Source: Paraspadella gotoi
Taxonomy: Eukaryota > Animalia > Chaetognatha
Assembly: GCA_051294375.1 (NCBI GenBank)
Contig: CM119265.1
Span: 4,285,025-4,349,024 of the forward strand
Length of the DNA: 64,000 nucleotides
Direction: 5' to 3'
Position 1 is the first letter of the stretch. Each line of letters begins with the position of its first letter. The notes under the pieces are model-generated. The model had not been told where the DNA came from, did not search any database, and was given only the letters and a program-made list of their open reading frames with translations. A program made the position numbers and the translations under genes. Positions 23,301 to 35,300 of the stretch are shown here, in pieces.

Positions 23301-26300
23301 GAAAAAAGGAGAAAAGGGAGAAGGTATGGAGGAGGGAGGGGGGGCAGAGGGGAAGAGGAAAAAGAGGAGGAAAGGAGTGGGGAGGGGAACGGGGGAGGAA
23401 GGGGAGAAGGGGGAGGAGGGGGGGAAGGGCGGAGGGAAGGCAGAGAGAAAGCGGGAAGGAGGGTGGGGGTGGAGGGGGAAGAGCGGAGGGGAGAGGCGAG
23501 TAGGGGGGGGGGGGGGAAGGGGGGGAAGAGAGAGAGAGGAGGGGAGGAGGGGGTGAAAGGAGATGGGGGGGGGGGGTGGGCGGGGAGGGGGGGGAGACCG
23601 GAGAAAAGCGGAGGGGGGGTGAGAAGGTGAAAGAAAGGAAGGAGGAGAGGGGGAAGGAAAGGGAGGGGGGGGGAAGCGGAAGGAGCGAAGAGGGAGAGAC
23701 GGGGGGGGGGGTGGAAAGAGGAGGGGGAGGAGGGGGAGAGAGGGGGAAAAGGAGGGGACGAGGAAAAGGGCGGGAGAGAGGGGGGGAAACGGGGGGGGAA
23801 GAGGGAGGAAGAGGAGAGGGGAGGGGGGGAGAAGAAGGGGGGAAGGAGGAGGGGGGGCCGGGAATGAGCAGGGGAGGAGACGGAGGGGAGGAGGAGAGGA
23901 GGGAGGGGGAGAAGGGAGAAGAGAGGGGGAGGAGGGGAGACGGGGGGGAAAAGGGGGGAGGAAAAAGGGACAGGGAGGAGAGGGGGGGATGGCGAGAGAG
24001 GGCGGAGGGGGGACGAGAGGGGAGAGGGGAGGCGAAGGGGCAGGGGGTGGAGGGAAGGGGGGAGGTAGAGGGGAGGAAAAAGGGGGAGGTGGGAGGGGGG
24101 AGGACGGGGAGGAGGAAGAGAGTGGGGGCGGGGAGAGGGGGGGAGACGTAGGAGAGGAGGAATGGGAGCAGGAGGGAGAGGGAGGGCGGAGGGCGGGGAG
24201 GGATAGAGGGGAGGGAAGAGGGGGAGAGGGAGGGGGGAGGAGAGCGGGGAACGGGGAGGATGGGGGGGGAAGAGGGAGGGAGGGGAGGCGGGGAGGAAAA
24301 GACGGAAGGAACGGGAGAAGGCAGAGGGAGGGGAGAGGGCAGAGTGGTAGAGGGGGGGGGAGGAAGGGGGATGGGAGCGGGAGGGGAGGGGGGGAAGGGG
24401 AAGGTGGGAGAGGGTGGTGGGCGAAAGAGAGGGGGGGGGGAGGTGGGACGCGGGGGGAGGGGGGAGAGAAGGGGGGGAAAGGGAGGAAGGGGAGGGGGGG
24501 AGGAGACGAAAAAAGGGGCAGGAGGGGGAAGGGGAGAGAGAACGGGGGAAGAGAGGGGAGGGGGAGGGGGAGGGGAGGCTGGGAGGAGGAGAGGGGGGAC
24601 GGAGGGAGGGGGAGGGGGAGGAAGGGGAAGGAGGGAGGAGGGGAGGAGGGGGAAGGGTGAGGGGGAAGGGAGGGGGGAAAGGAAGGGGGAGAGGGGGACG
24701 AAGAGAGGGGGGGAGAGGAAGGGGAAGGGAGAGAGTGGGAGGGGGGAGAGGGGGGACTGGAGGGGGGGGGGTGGGGGAGGATGGGGGGAGGGGAGGGAGG
24801 GGGGAGGAGGGGTGGCGGAGGGAGGAGGGGGAGGAAGGCAAGTGTGAGAACGCGAGGAGGAGGCGGGGGGGGAGCAGAGGGAAGGGGAGGAGGAGGGGAG
24901 GGGGGGAGGGGGAGGGGGTAAGGGGGAGGGAAGCAAAAGGGAGGGAGAGAGAAGGGGGGCAAAGTGGCGAAGGCGGGAAGGAGAGAAGAGGAGCAAGGGG
25001 CGAAAAAAGAAGAGGGAAAAAAGGAGGGAAAGGCAGAGGAGAAAAAAGATAAAGGAGAAAAAGGAAGGGCAGAATGAGAGAGAGGGGAAAGAAAGGAGGA
25101 GGGGAAAAGAGAAGACGGGGAAGAAAAAAGAAGGAGAGGAGGGAAAAAAAAAAGTAGGGAAAGGGGAAGGGGCAGGGGAGGAGGCGTGGGGGGAGAAAGA
25201 AAAGACGATGAAGAGGAGAGGAGAGGAGAGAGACGGTCGAAGAGGGGGAAGGAAAAAGGGGGGAAAAGAAGAAAGAAGAAGGAGGAAGGGAAAGAGAAGA
25301 GAACGAGGGGGAAGAACGGACGAAGAAAGAGAAGAGAAAGCGAGCACAGGGGAATGAGGTAGAGAGAGAGGGGAAGGGTAAGGAGTGAAGGGGAGGAGAG
25401 AGGAGAAAGGGAAAAGGGAGAGGGGCGAGAAGAGGAGGGGGGAAGGGGTGGGGAAAGGGAGGGAGGAAAAGGGGGAGGGAAAAAAGAAAAAAGAAAGCGA
25501 AGGTAGAAAGAGGAGGAAGCAGGGAAGAAGGGGAGAAATAAATAGGAAGAGGAGGAAGAGGAAGAAGAAGAGAAGAGGAGAAGGAGGGAGACAAAAGAGG
25601 AGAGGCAGAAGAGGGAGGCGAAGAGAAAAAGGGAAGGAAAGAGTGGGAGAAGGAGGGAGAAAAAGGGAAAAGCTGGGAAAAAAAAGGAAAAGTCGTGAAA
25701 AAGAAAGGGCAAAAGTAAGTAAAAGAAAAGCGAGATGGGATAAAAAAAAGGGAAAAAAGCCAAGAAAAAAGGAAAAAGCAAAGAAGGAAAAGAAAAGAAA
25801 GAGGAAGGGGGAGAAGGAAAACAAAGGGGAAAGGGAGCAGGGAAAAAGGCATAAAGAGAAAAAAAAAGAAAGAGGGAGAAAAGGAAGGAGGGGAAACGGG
25901 GGGAAGAAAAAAAAGGAGGACAGGAGGAGAAGGGAAAAAAAGGAAAGGAAAAAAAGGGAATCAAGGAAACAGAAGAGATGGTAAGGAGAAGAAAGAGAGA
26001 GGAAAAGGAGAAAAGAAAAAGAGCAGAACAGAAAGAAGAAAGACAAAAAAAAGGAGAAAAAAAAAGAAGGAGAAGGAAAGGAAAAGGGGGAGCGAAGAAC
26101 AAAAAGGGTAAGAGGAGGAAAAAAAAAACAAAGAAAAGGAAAACGGGAGGAAAAAAAAGAAGGGAAAAGTGAGAAGAAAAAAAGGGAGAGGAGAAAAAAA
26201 AAAGGGTGTAGAGAGAAGAAAAAGTGCGGGGAAGGAAACTGGAGGAAAAAGAGAAGAGGGAAAGAGAAGAGAGGAGAAAGGGGAAGAAGAAGAGGGGAGC

Positions 26301-29300
26301 ATGAGCGGAGAGCAGGAGAAGGAGAAAGGAAGCAAAAAGGAAAGAGGGGAAAGAAGAGGTGAGAGGAAAAAAAGGGAGAAGAAGGGGGAAAGAAGGGGGA
26401 AAAAAAAAGAGGGGAGGAGGAAAAAAAAGAAAAAAAGGAAAGAAAAAAAAAAAAGAGAGAAAAAAGGGGAGAAGAAAAAACAGGAAAAAGAGAAAAGGAC
26501 AGTCAAAAGCAGGGGAAAAAAAGAAAGACAAGCTGAAGAAAGGGAAGAAAAAGAAAAGAGAAGAAAAAAGAAAGAGAAAAAAAGAGCAAAAAATAAAAAG
26601 AGAAAGGGAAAAAAGGAGAGGAAGAGAGAGAAAGAAAAAGAAAGAAAGAAAGAAGAAGAACAAGAGGGGAACGCAGAAAAGAGGCGAAAGGAAGAAAAAA
26701 AAGAAAAAAGAAAAGGAAAAGGGAGAGGAGATAGGGGAAAAAAAAAGCAGAAAAAAAAGGAAAAGGGAGAGAAAAGGGGAATGGAATGAAAAAAAAAAGG
26801 GAAAAAGAGGAAAAGAAGAGAGAAGGGAGGAAAAAAGAGAAGAAGAAAAAAAAAAAAAAAGTGAAAAAAAGAGACGAAGAGGAAGGAAAAAAAAGGAAAA
26901 GAAAGAGGCGGCACGGAAAAACAGGGAGAGGAAGAAAGAAAAGGAGAGCGGAAAAAAGGAAGGGGAGGGGGGAAAGAAAGAACAGAAAAAAGGAGAGACA
27001 GGGAAGCTCAAGAAAAGGGAGAACGAAGGGAGAAGGCAACAAAAAAGGGCGGAACGCAGAGAGGAGGGAGGAACGACGGGAAAAAGCGGATGAGGGGAGG
27101 CAGAGAAAAAAAAGGAAAAAAAAACAAGAGAAGAAAAAAAAAAAGAGAAGAGCAAAAAAAGAAGAGGAGCAAAAAAGGGAAGGGGAGAGAAAAAGGGGGA
27201 AGGAACAGAAAACAAAAAAAAAGGAAAAAAGAAAGAAAAAGAAGAAAGCAGGGAAAAAAAAAGAGAAGAGAGAAAGGAAAGAGATAAAAAAGTAAAAAAG
27301 AAAGAAAAGCAAAATAGAAAAGGAAGCGCAGAGCACAAGCGGAGCATAAGGCGCAAGGGAGCGAAAAGGGGAGGAGAGAAAGGGGCAAAAGGAGGGAGGA
27401 AAAAAAGAGAGAAAAAGGAGGAAGAAGAACAAGCGGTAAAGGAAGGGTAAAAAAAGAAAAAATGGAAAATGGAAAAAAACGAACAAGGAAGCCGGAGAAG
27501 GAAAGAAAGGAGGAAAGAGAAGGGGTAAGAAAAGGAGGAAGGGGAAGGGAAGAAAAGAAAATAAAAGAAGAATAGGAAAAAAGCAGAGGAGAGAAAAAAA
27601 AAAAAAGGAAGGAGAGGGGGTAAAAGAAGGGAAAAAAAAAGAAGGAAAGAAAGGAAAGAAAAGGGGAAAAAGAGAAAGAAAGAAGGGAAGGAGAGGAAGA
27701 GGCGAAAAAAGAAAAAGAGGAGAAGAGGGCGAAGGAGAAATAAGAAGGAGAAGGAAACGAGGGAGAAGCAAGAAGAGAGACAAAGAAGGAAAAGGGAAAG
27801 AGAGGGGGGAGGGAAAAGGAGAAAAAAAGAGGGGGAAAAAAAAAGGAGGAAAAAAAGAGGGAAGAGAGGAGGGGGAGACGCAGAGGAGGGAGAAAAAAAA
27901 AAAGGAGCAAAAAGATTCAAGAGGAAAAGAAAGAGGAGGAAGGAGGAAGGGGAGGAGGGAAGAAAAGGGAAGAAAAGAAGAGAGAAGGAAAAAAAGAGCG
28001 AGAAGAATAGAGGGTGAGGAAAAAGAAGGGGTAAGGGGAGGAAGAGAAGAAAGAAAAAGGAAAGAGGAAAAAAAAAAAGAAAGGAGAAGAGAGGGAGGAA
28101 GAAGAAAGGACAAAAAGAGGAGAGAAAAGGAAAGGAGAAGGAAACGAAAAAAAAAAAAAGAAGAGGGGAAAAGGAGAAAAAAAAAGGGAGAAAAGGGGGA
28201 AAAAGGCAAAGAGGGAAGCCGGAAAAAGGAGGGAGGAAGAAGGGAAGAGGGAAAGAGAAAAAGAAAGGCAGAAGAGCAAGAAAAAAAAAAAGAAGGGAGG
28301 GGCAAGAGAGAAGGGGAAGGGGGGGTAAGAGAAAAAGGGAAAGGAAAAGAGGCTGGAAAAAAAAGGAAAAAAAGAATGGAGGATCAAGAGGAGGGAAAAA
28401 GAGGGTGGAAGGAGGACAAAAGGAGAAATCAAAAGAGGGGAAAAGGGAGAAAAAAAAAAGAATAAGAAACGAGGAGAGAGAAAAAAAAGAGAGTAAAGGG
28501 AGAAGAAAAACAAGAGAAAAGAGAAAAAAGTACGGAAGAGAAAGGAGGAGAAGAAGGGAGGAGAACGAACAGAGGAGAGGAAAAAAAAAAAAAATGCGCA
28601 AGAGGGGAGAGGGAAAAAAGAAGGAGGGAGAGAGAAAAGAAGGATGAGAAAAGAGAAAAGCGGAAAGAGAGAAGGCGGAAAGGGAGAGCAAGAGGAGCGC
28701 CCGGCCAAGGAGGCCAAAAAAGAAAAAACAAAAGGCGCAAAAAAAAAAAAAAAGGAAACAGAAGAAAGAGGAAAGAGGACAAAGGAAGGGAAAGAGGGGA
28801 AAAAGGGGGAAAGAAGAAGAGAAGGGAGGCAAAGAGGAGGAAAGAAAGGGAAGGAAGAGGAAGGAGGAAAGAAAGCGAAAATAAGAAAGGAAAGAGGAAA
28901 AACAGAAGAGCACAAAAAAAGATAAAGGGGAAAGGGAAACAACGAGCAGGAGACGGAATGAAAAAGGGAGAAAAAAAGAAGGGAAAAAAAAGAAGGGAGA
29001 GAAGGGGAGAGAAAAAAAAGGGAAGGAAAAATAGGAAAAAGAGAGGGAATAAGGGGAAGAAAGGGGAGAAAGGAGGAAGAAAGGGAAAGAAAAACGAAGA
29101 GGGAGGAGAATGAGGGAAAGAAGAGAGGGGAGAAGGAAAAATAGACGAGGAGAACGGAAGAAAAGAAGGAGGAGAGGGGAAGAGGGGGAGAGGAGGAAAG
29201 TCAAAAAGGTAAGAGAAAAAGAGAAAAGTGGCAAGGGAGGAAGATAGAGGCAAGAGGGAACCCGAAGAAGAGGGAAAAAGAAGTGGAAAAAAGACAGTGG

Positions 29301-32300
29301 AAGAAGAGAGTAAAAAGAAAAAAAAAAAGGGGAGGGAGAGAAGGGGAAAAGAAAAAAGGAAAAGGGGAAGGGGAAAAGAAGAGCTGGGAAAAAAGGGGAA
29401 AGAGAGGGAGAAGAGAGAAAGAAGGATAAAAAAAGAAAAAGGAAAAAAGAGAAAGGAAAAAAAAGGAGAAGAGGGAAAAAAAAAGAGAAAGCGAGAAAGG
29501 AGAAGCAAGGGGAGAAGAAGAAGGGAAGAGGGAAAAAAAAAGAAAAAAAAGCGACGGGAAAAGGAGGGAAAGACGAAAAGGAAGGGAGAAAAAGGGAAAG
29601 AAAAAAGAAAGGAAAAAAGGAGCCGAAGGCAAGAGCAGAGCAGAGGGAAAGGGAGGGGAAAGGGAGAAGAAAAAAAGAGAAGAAAAAGGGAAAAAAAAGG
29701 GGAGAAAAAAAAACAAAAGAGAACGAAGAAGAAAGAGGGAAAAAAAAAGAACAGGAGAAGGGAAGAAAGGGGAAAAAAGAAGGGAAAGAAAAAAAGAGAA
29801 GAAAGACAGAGAGAGAGGGGAGAGGGAGCAGGGGGAAAAAAGACAGGAAAAAGGGAGAGAAGATGAAAGGGAAAGCAGAAGCAGAGGTCAAGAAAAGAAA
29901 AAGATGAGAGGAGGAACAGTAGGGAAGGACAGAGCCAAAAAAGAGAAGCAAAAAGGAAAAAGAAGGGGAGAAAAAGAAAAGAATTGAGGAGGGAGGTAAG
30001 GAAGGGGAAAACAGAGGGAAAGAAAAAAGAGAAACGATAAAAGAGGAAAAAGAAAAAAAAAAAGAGGAGCAGAACAAGAAAGACAGGGAAAGCAAAAGGA
30101 GGAGGGAAGAGAACAAGAGAAGAAAAAAGAGAAGAGCGAGAAAAGAAGGAAACAAGAAAAAAGAAGAAGAAAGAGAGAGCGAAAGGCGTAAGGCAAAAGG
30201 AAAGGCAGAAGAACGTGGGAAGAAGGTGTAGAGAAAGCGAAGGGAAAGAGAAAAAACAAAGAAGGGAACAGGCGAGGCAGAAGAGAGAAACAAGGAGAGG
30301 GGAAAAAAAAAAGGAGGAAGGGGACAACGGAAAAAAGAGGAGAGAAAAGGGAAGGGGAAAGGGGAAGAAAAAGGGGGGCGAGAGGGGATAGAGGAAGCAG
30401 AAAAAAAGAGAAAAAAAAAAGAGAAAGGAAAAGCAGGAGGAGAAGAAAAGGGCAAGAAAGGGAGAAGAGAAGAGCAGGGAGGAGAGGAAAGAAAGGGAGA
30501 GAAAGAAAGAGGAAAAAGGAAAGGGAGGGAAAAAAAGGAGAGGAAAAGGAAAAGCAAAGGAAGAAAAAGGAGAAGAAGAAGAAAAGGGAGGAGGAAAGAA
30601 AGGGGCGGAAAAGGGGAAAGGGGAGGCCATAGAAAAAGGGGAGGGGAGGAGGAGGCAAAAAGAGAGGAGGAGGGATGGGTGAAGAGAGAGGGAGGGAGAC
30701 GAGGTGGAGGAGGAGAAAGGAGGGAGGGAAAAGAAGGGGAGGAGAAAAAGGAAAAGTGAAAAGAGAGGAGAGGGAAAAAAAAGGAAAGGGAGGAGGGAGG
30801 GAAAAGAAGTGAGAAGGAGAGAGGCGGGAAGGAGAGAACAAAGGAAGCAGGAGAAAACACCAAAGGAAGAAAAAACCGGAGAACGATACAAGGAGGATAG
30901 AGAAAAAAGAGATGGAGGAAGGGGGAAGAGAAAAGAAGAAAGAAGAGGAAAGAAAGGAGAGCAGGGAAGGAGAGAGAGAAGAAAAGCAAAAAAAAAAAGA
31001 AGGGTAAAGAAAGGAGACAAAGAGGAGGAAAGTAGAAAAAAAGGGGAAAGGAAATTTGCAAGAAGAGAGGAAACAGTAAAAAAGAAGGAGAGAAGAGAAG
31101 AAAAAAAAGAAACAGAGAGGAGAAGAAAAAAAAAAAGGAAAGGGAAAAGAAGGAAAGAAAGCAGAGAATAAAGGGGAAGCCGAAGGGAAGGAAAGGGGCC
31201 CAGACCGAAGAAAGGTAAAAAGAGAAAAAGAGAAGAAGGGGAGAGGAAGGTAATGAGGGAAAAAAAAAGAAGTGAAGAGAAAGAGAGAGGAAAGAGAAAA
31301 AAAAAGGGAAGAAGGAGGAAAAAGGAAAAAAGGGCCATAAAAGAAAGAAAAGGGGGAAAAAAAAAGGGGAAAGGGAGAAAAAGAGGAAAAAAAAGGAAAA
31401 AAAAAAAGGGAGAAGGAAGGAAAAGAAGAAGGGTAGAGGGAAAAAGAAAGAGAGGAAGGAGGGGAAGAGGAGAAAGAGAGGAGAGGAAATAAGAAGGAGA
31501 AAAGAGGGAGAGGGAGCGGGAAAGGAGAGGAACGGAGAAAAGCGCTCGACAGAAAGAAAGGGAGAGGCGAGAGTGGGGAAAGAGAAAAGGAGAAAAAAAG
31601 AGGGCAAAAAGAAAAAGAGAAGAGGCGAAGGGAAAGGGAGAGAAAGGAGGATAAGGTGGAGGGGGGAGCAAAGCAAAGAACCCCGGAAAAAGAGAATGAA
31701 AAGCAGGGGACGGAGAGAAAAAAAAAAGGAGAGGAAAAAGAAAAAAAAGGAAGGGAGAAGGGAAAAGAAAGTAAAAAAAAAAAAAACAAAAAAAAAATTA
31801 AACCCAAAAGGTAGAAAGAAGAGGGAGGGAAGAATACGAAAAAGAAGGAAGGACGAAAAAAGAAAAAAAAGGCGAAGGAAAGAAGAGAAAAAGTAAAAAG
31901 GAGGGAGTAGGAAGAAAAGAAAAGAGGAAAAAAAGAGAGGAGAGGGGAAGAAAAAGGGGGAGAAGAAGAAGCAGCAAGAGAAGAGGTAAAGGGAAGAAGA
32001 GAAAAGGAGAAAAAAGCAGAGCGATGAAAAGAGAGCAAAAGGGGAAGAAGGGAGAGGGCCCCGAAGAAAGAGAGGGGGGAGAGCAAGCAAGAACGAGAGG
32101 GGAGGGAAGAGGAGGAAAGGCAAGGAAAGAAGCACAAAAAGGCCGAGAAAAAAAAAGAAGATCGAGGAAGAGGAAAAGAGTGACGAAAGAGGAAGAGAGA
32201 AGGAAAGGGAAAAGGAGAAAAAGGAAAAAAGGAAAAAAGGTGAGGGAAGGAGGGGAAAAGAGAGGAAGAGAAGAAGAAGAAAAAAAAGGGAGAAAGGGAA

Positions 32301-35300
32301 ATGCGCGAGCAGGGAGTTAAAGAGCCGGAGAGAAGGGGAGAGAAAAAGAGAAGCAGGAAGGGGAGAGAAGGAGGAAAAAAGAAAAAAGAGAAAAAACGGA
32401 AGAAGAAAGGAGGGAGAAAAGGAGAAGAGAAAAAGGGAGAGGAAAAAGAAAAGGAAAAAAAAAGAGGGAGAAAAAAACGAGGAAGGGGAGAGCAGGAGAG
32501 AAAGGGGAGAAAAGAAGGGGGAGGAGAGGGAGAATGAGAGAAGCTAACATCCACCTTGATCATCGTGACATGCCAACAAAAAAAAGAGAAAAGAAAAAAC
32601 GAAGGCAAGAATGAAGGAAAAAGGAGAAAAAAAAAAAGACGAAGAGAAAAAAAAAGAAGAGGGGAAGGGAATGGGGGAAGAGCAAGAAGAAGAAGGGAAC
32701 GGAGACGGAGAGGAAAAGGAAAAAGAGGAAAGAGGAGGAAGGAGAGAGGAAAAAAATGAAGGGAGGAGGGACGAGGCAAAGAGAAAGAAGGGAAAGGGGA
32801 GAATCGAGTTGAAGGAAAGGGAGAGGAAAAGGGGGGGGAAAGGAAAAAAGAAAAAAAAAGGAGCGAAAAAAAACGGGAGGAACAGGGAGGGGGAGGGGAA
32901 AAGGGGAAGGGAGAGGAAGGAGAGAGAGGAGAAGAAAGAAAAAAAAAAGGAGAAAGAGGCGAGAGGAACAAACGCGAGGGACCAAAAGAAGAGGAAAGAC
33001 AAGAAAAAGAAGAAGGGCGGAAAAAAGCAGGGGAAAAAAAAGAAGGGAGGGCAAAGGGAAAACGAGATAGGGAGAAAAAAAAGAAAAGAAAAAAGTAAAA
33101 GTAAAAAGAGAGGAAAAGCAGGAAGAGAAGCGGAAGAGAAAAAAAAAAAAGAGAAAAAAAAGGGGAGGGGGAAAAAGGGAAAAAAAAAACAAGGAAGGGG
33201 AAAAAGAAAAAGAAAAGAAAAGAAGGAAAAAAAAACAGAGAGAAAAGGAAGGGAGATGAGAAAAAGGAAAAGGAAGTAAAGGGAAAGAGGAAAGGAAGAA
33301 GGAATGGGACAGAGAAATAAAAAAAGAAGAGGGAAAAAAAGGGAGGGCAAAGGCAAAGAACAAAAAGCAAAAAGGAAAAAAAAAAGATAAAAGAGAGGGG
33401 AAAAGAAAGAAGAGGGAAGGGAGGAAGGGAGGAGAAAGAGAGGGAGAAAAAGGGGGAGGAAAAAGGGAAAGAGAAGGGAGAAAAAAAGTAAGAGGAGGAG
33501 ATAGGAATGAGTAGGGGATATAAGGAGAAAAAAACAGAAAGAGGAGTAGGAAAGAAGGAAGAGAAGAAAGAAGAGCGAAAAGGAGGAGTTAATAAGGGCC
33601 ACAAAGCGTCAGAGGTGAAGGGAGAAGAAGGAGAGAGGAAAGAGGAAGAAAGAGGAGAAAGAGGGAGAGGAAAGGAGGGTGAAAAGGGAAGAAAAAAGAG
33701 AAAAGGGAGAGGAATAGAAAAAACAAGAAGAGAAATGAGGAGGGGGGAAGAAAGGAGGAAGGAATTGAAAATGAAGGAAAAAGAGAGGGAGTGAAGGGAG
33801 AATGTGTCAAGAGATGGAAGCAAAAGAAGGAGGCGGAGAGAAAAGTCGCAGTGATAAAAAGAAGGCATATCAACAATTAAGAGAAGGACAGGGTGGTGCG
33901 GGGGAGAGTGAATAGAATAGGCGCAGTTTCTTAGTGGTGTGGGGGCGCGTGTAATATAAGAGAGGTGAGTGATATGGAAATAAGGCTCTAAGGAGGACAT
34001 AAGGTAAGGAGGAGGATAGGAAAGAAAGCGAATAGGCGCAAAAGGGTGGAGCCCAAGAAAAGGTTGGTAGAGAGGATTATAAAAAATAGATTTGAGAGAG
34101 GAGATCAGGCCGAAAAAAAGTAAGAAGGGTTAAAAAGTCGAGAAAGAGGGGAGGGTTAAAGGTATAAAAAAGATAAACAAATTAAAGAAAGAGAAGGAGG
34201 GGGAAGATTACAAAGAAATATAAGAGAAAAAGTCGAGAGGTTACGAAAGAGTGCGCAAGAGGAAGAAGAGAGAACCAAAAGGGTAGTACCCAATAGGATA
34301 AGCCTGATAAACGGGGAAAACGCGCGAGCCTAGGGAGAAGTGAAGCAGGAAAAAGAAGAAAAGGGCGGAAGCCAGATCAAAGAGTAACTCAGAGAGGGGA
34401 AGAGTTAGAGAGAAGGAAAAAGGAAAAGGAACGGGAAAGGAAGGAGAGAAAAAAAAAGACAGCGGAGGCAGAAGAGGGAGGAGGGAGAGATTTTAAGGTG
34501 TGCAGAAAAGTGAAGGGGCCAACGGGGTGAAAGGCCGGGGAGATGGCAGGGGAGAAGAGGAAAAAAAAAAGAAGCGAGGAGAGTGAACGGGTGAAGTGAA
34601 GAGTGAAAAAGAGAGTGGTGGGAAGAAAGGAGACATGAAAGATTAATGTGTGGGCGGATGAGTGAAAAAAGAAAAGAAGAGAAAACCGAGGATTGGGGGG
34701 AATAAGGAAAGAAGGGAAGAGAGTGACCCGAAGGATAAGAGAGGAAAAGAAATAGTGGGTGAAAAGGGGAAAAGGCGAAGGGGAGGAGATCGGAGATAGA
34801 AGCAATAAGAGAGACGTGGCAGAAAAAAAAGGGAGGAGAGAGAGGAGGGGGGAGAAAAAAAACGAGTAGAAGGAATGTTAAAAAGGATATCGGGAGATAC
34901 CCGAGAGAGGGGTGGAAAAAAGGGGATAACGAGTAAAGAGGAACGGGGTGGGATGAGAGGAGGGAGAGAACAAAAACGAAAAAGTGTGCCAGGGGGAAGG
35001 TGCGAGAAGGGGGAAAGTGGGGGGAGGAAAAGGGGGGGGAGGGGAGAGAGGGGAAGAAGGAAGGGGGAATGAGGAGAGAAACTAAAGAAAAGAAGGAGAG
35101 CGGACGAAAAAAAGCCGACAAGTTTCGGAAGTATAAAGGGGGTGGGTACGTTAGAGGGAAGGTGGAGAAAAAGAAGGGAAAGGGGAGAGCTTGACGCGAA
35201 GAAATGAGTGAGGAGGACGAGAGAAGGAAAAAAGGGGAACAATAAAGGAAAAGAGAAAAGCAGGGTGAGAGTATGAAATGGAAGAAGGGGAAAAGAGGAG

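Noticed and set aside
20277-32135. 3952-aa ORF and the many overlapping Pro/Ser/Phe/Leu or Gly/Arg/Glu/Lys ORFs (extensin- or collagen-like appearance)
   Set aside because: Stops are rare simply because one strand lacks T and the other lacks A; all frames are open, with no periodicity or domain.
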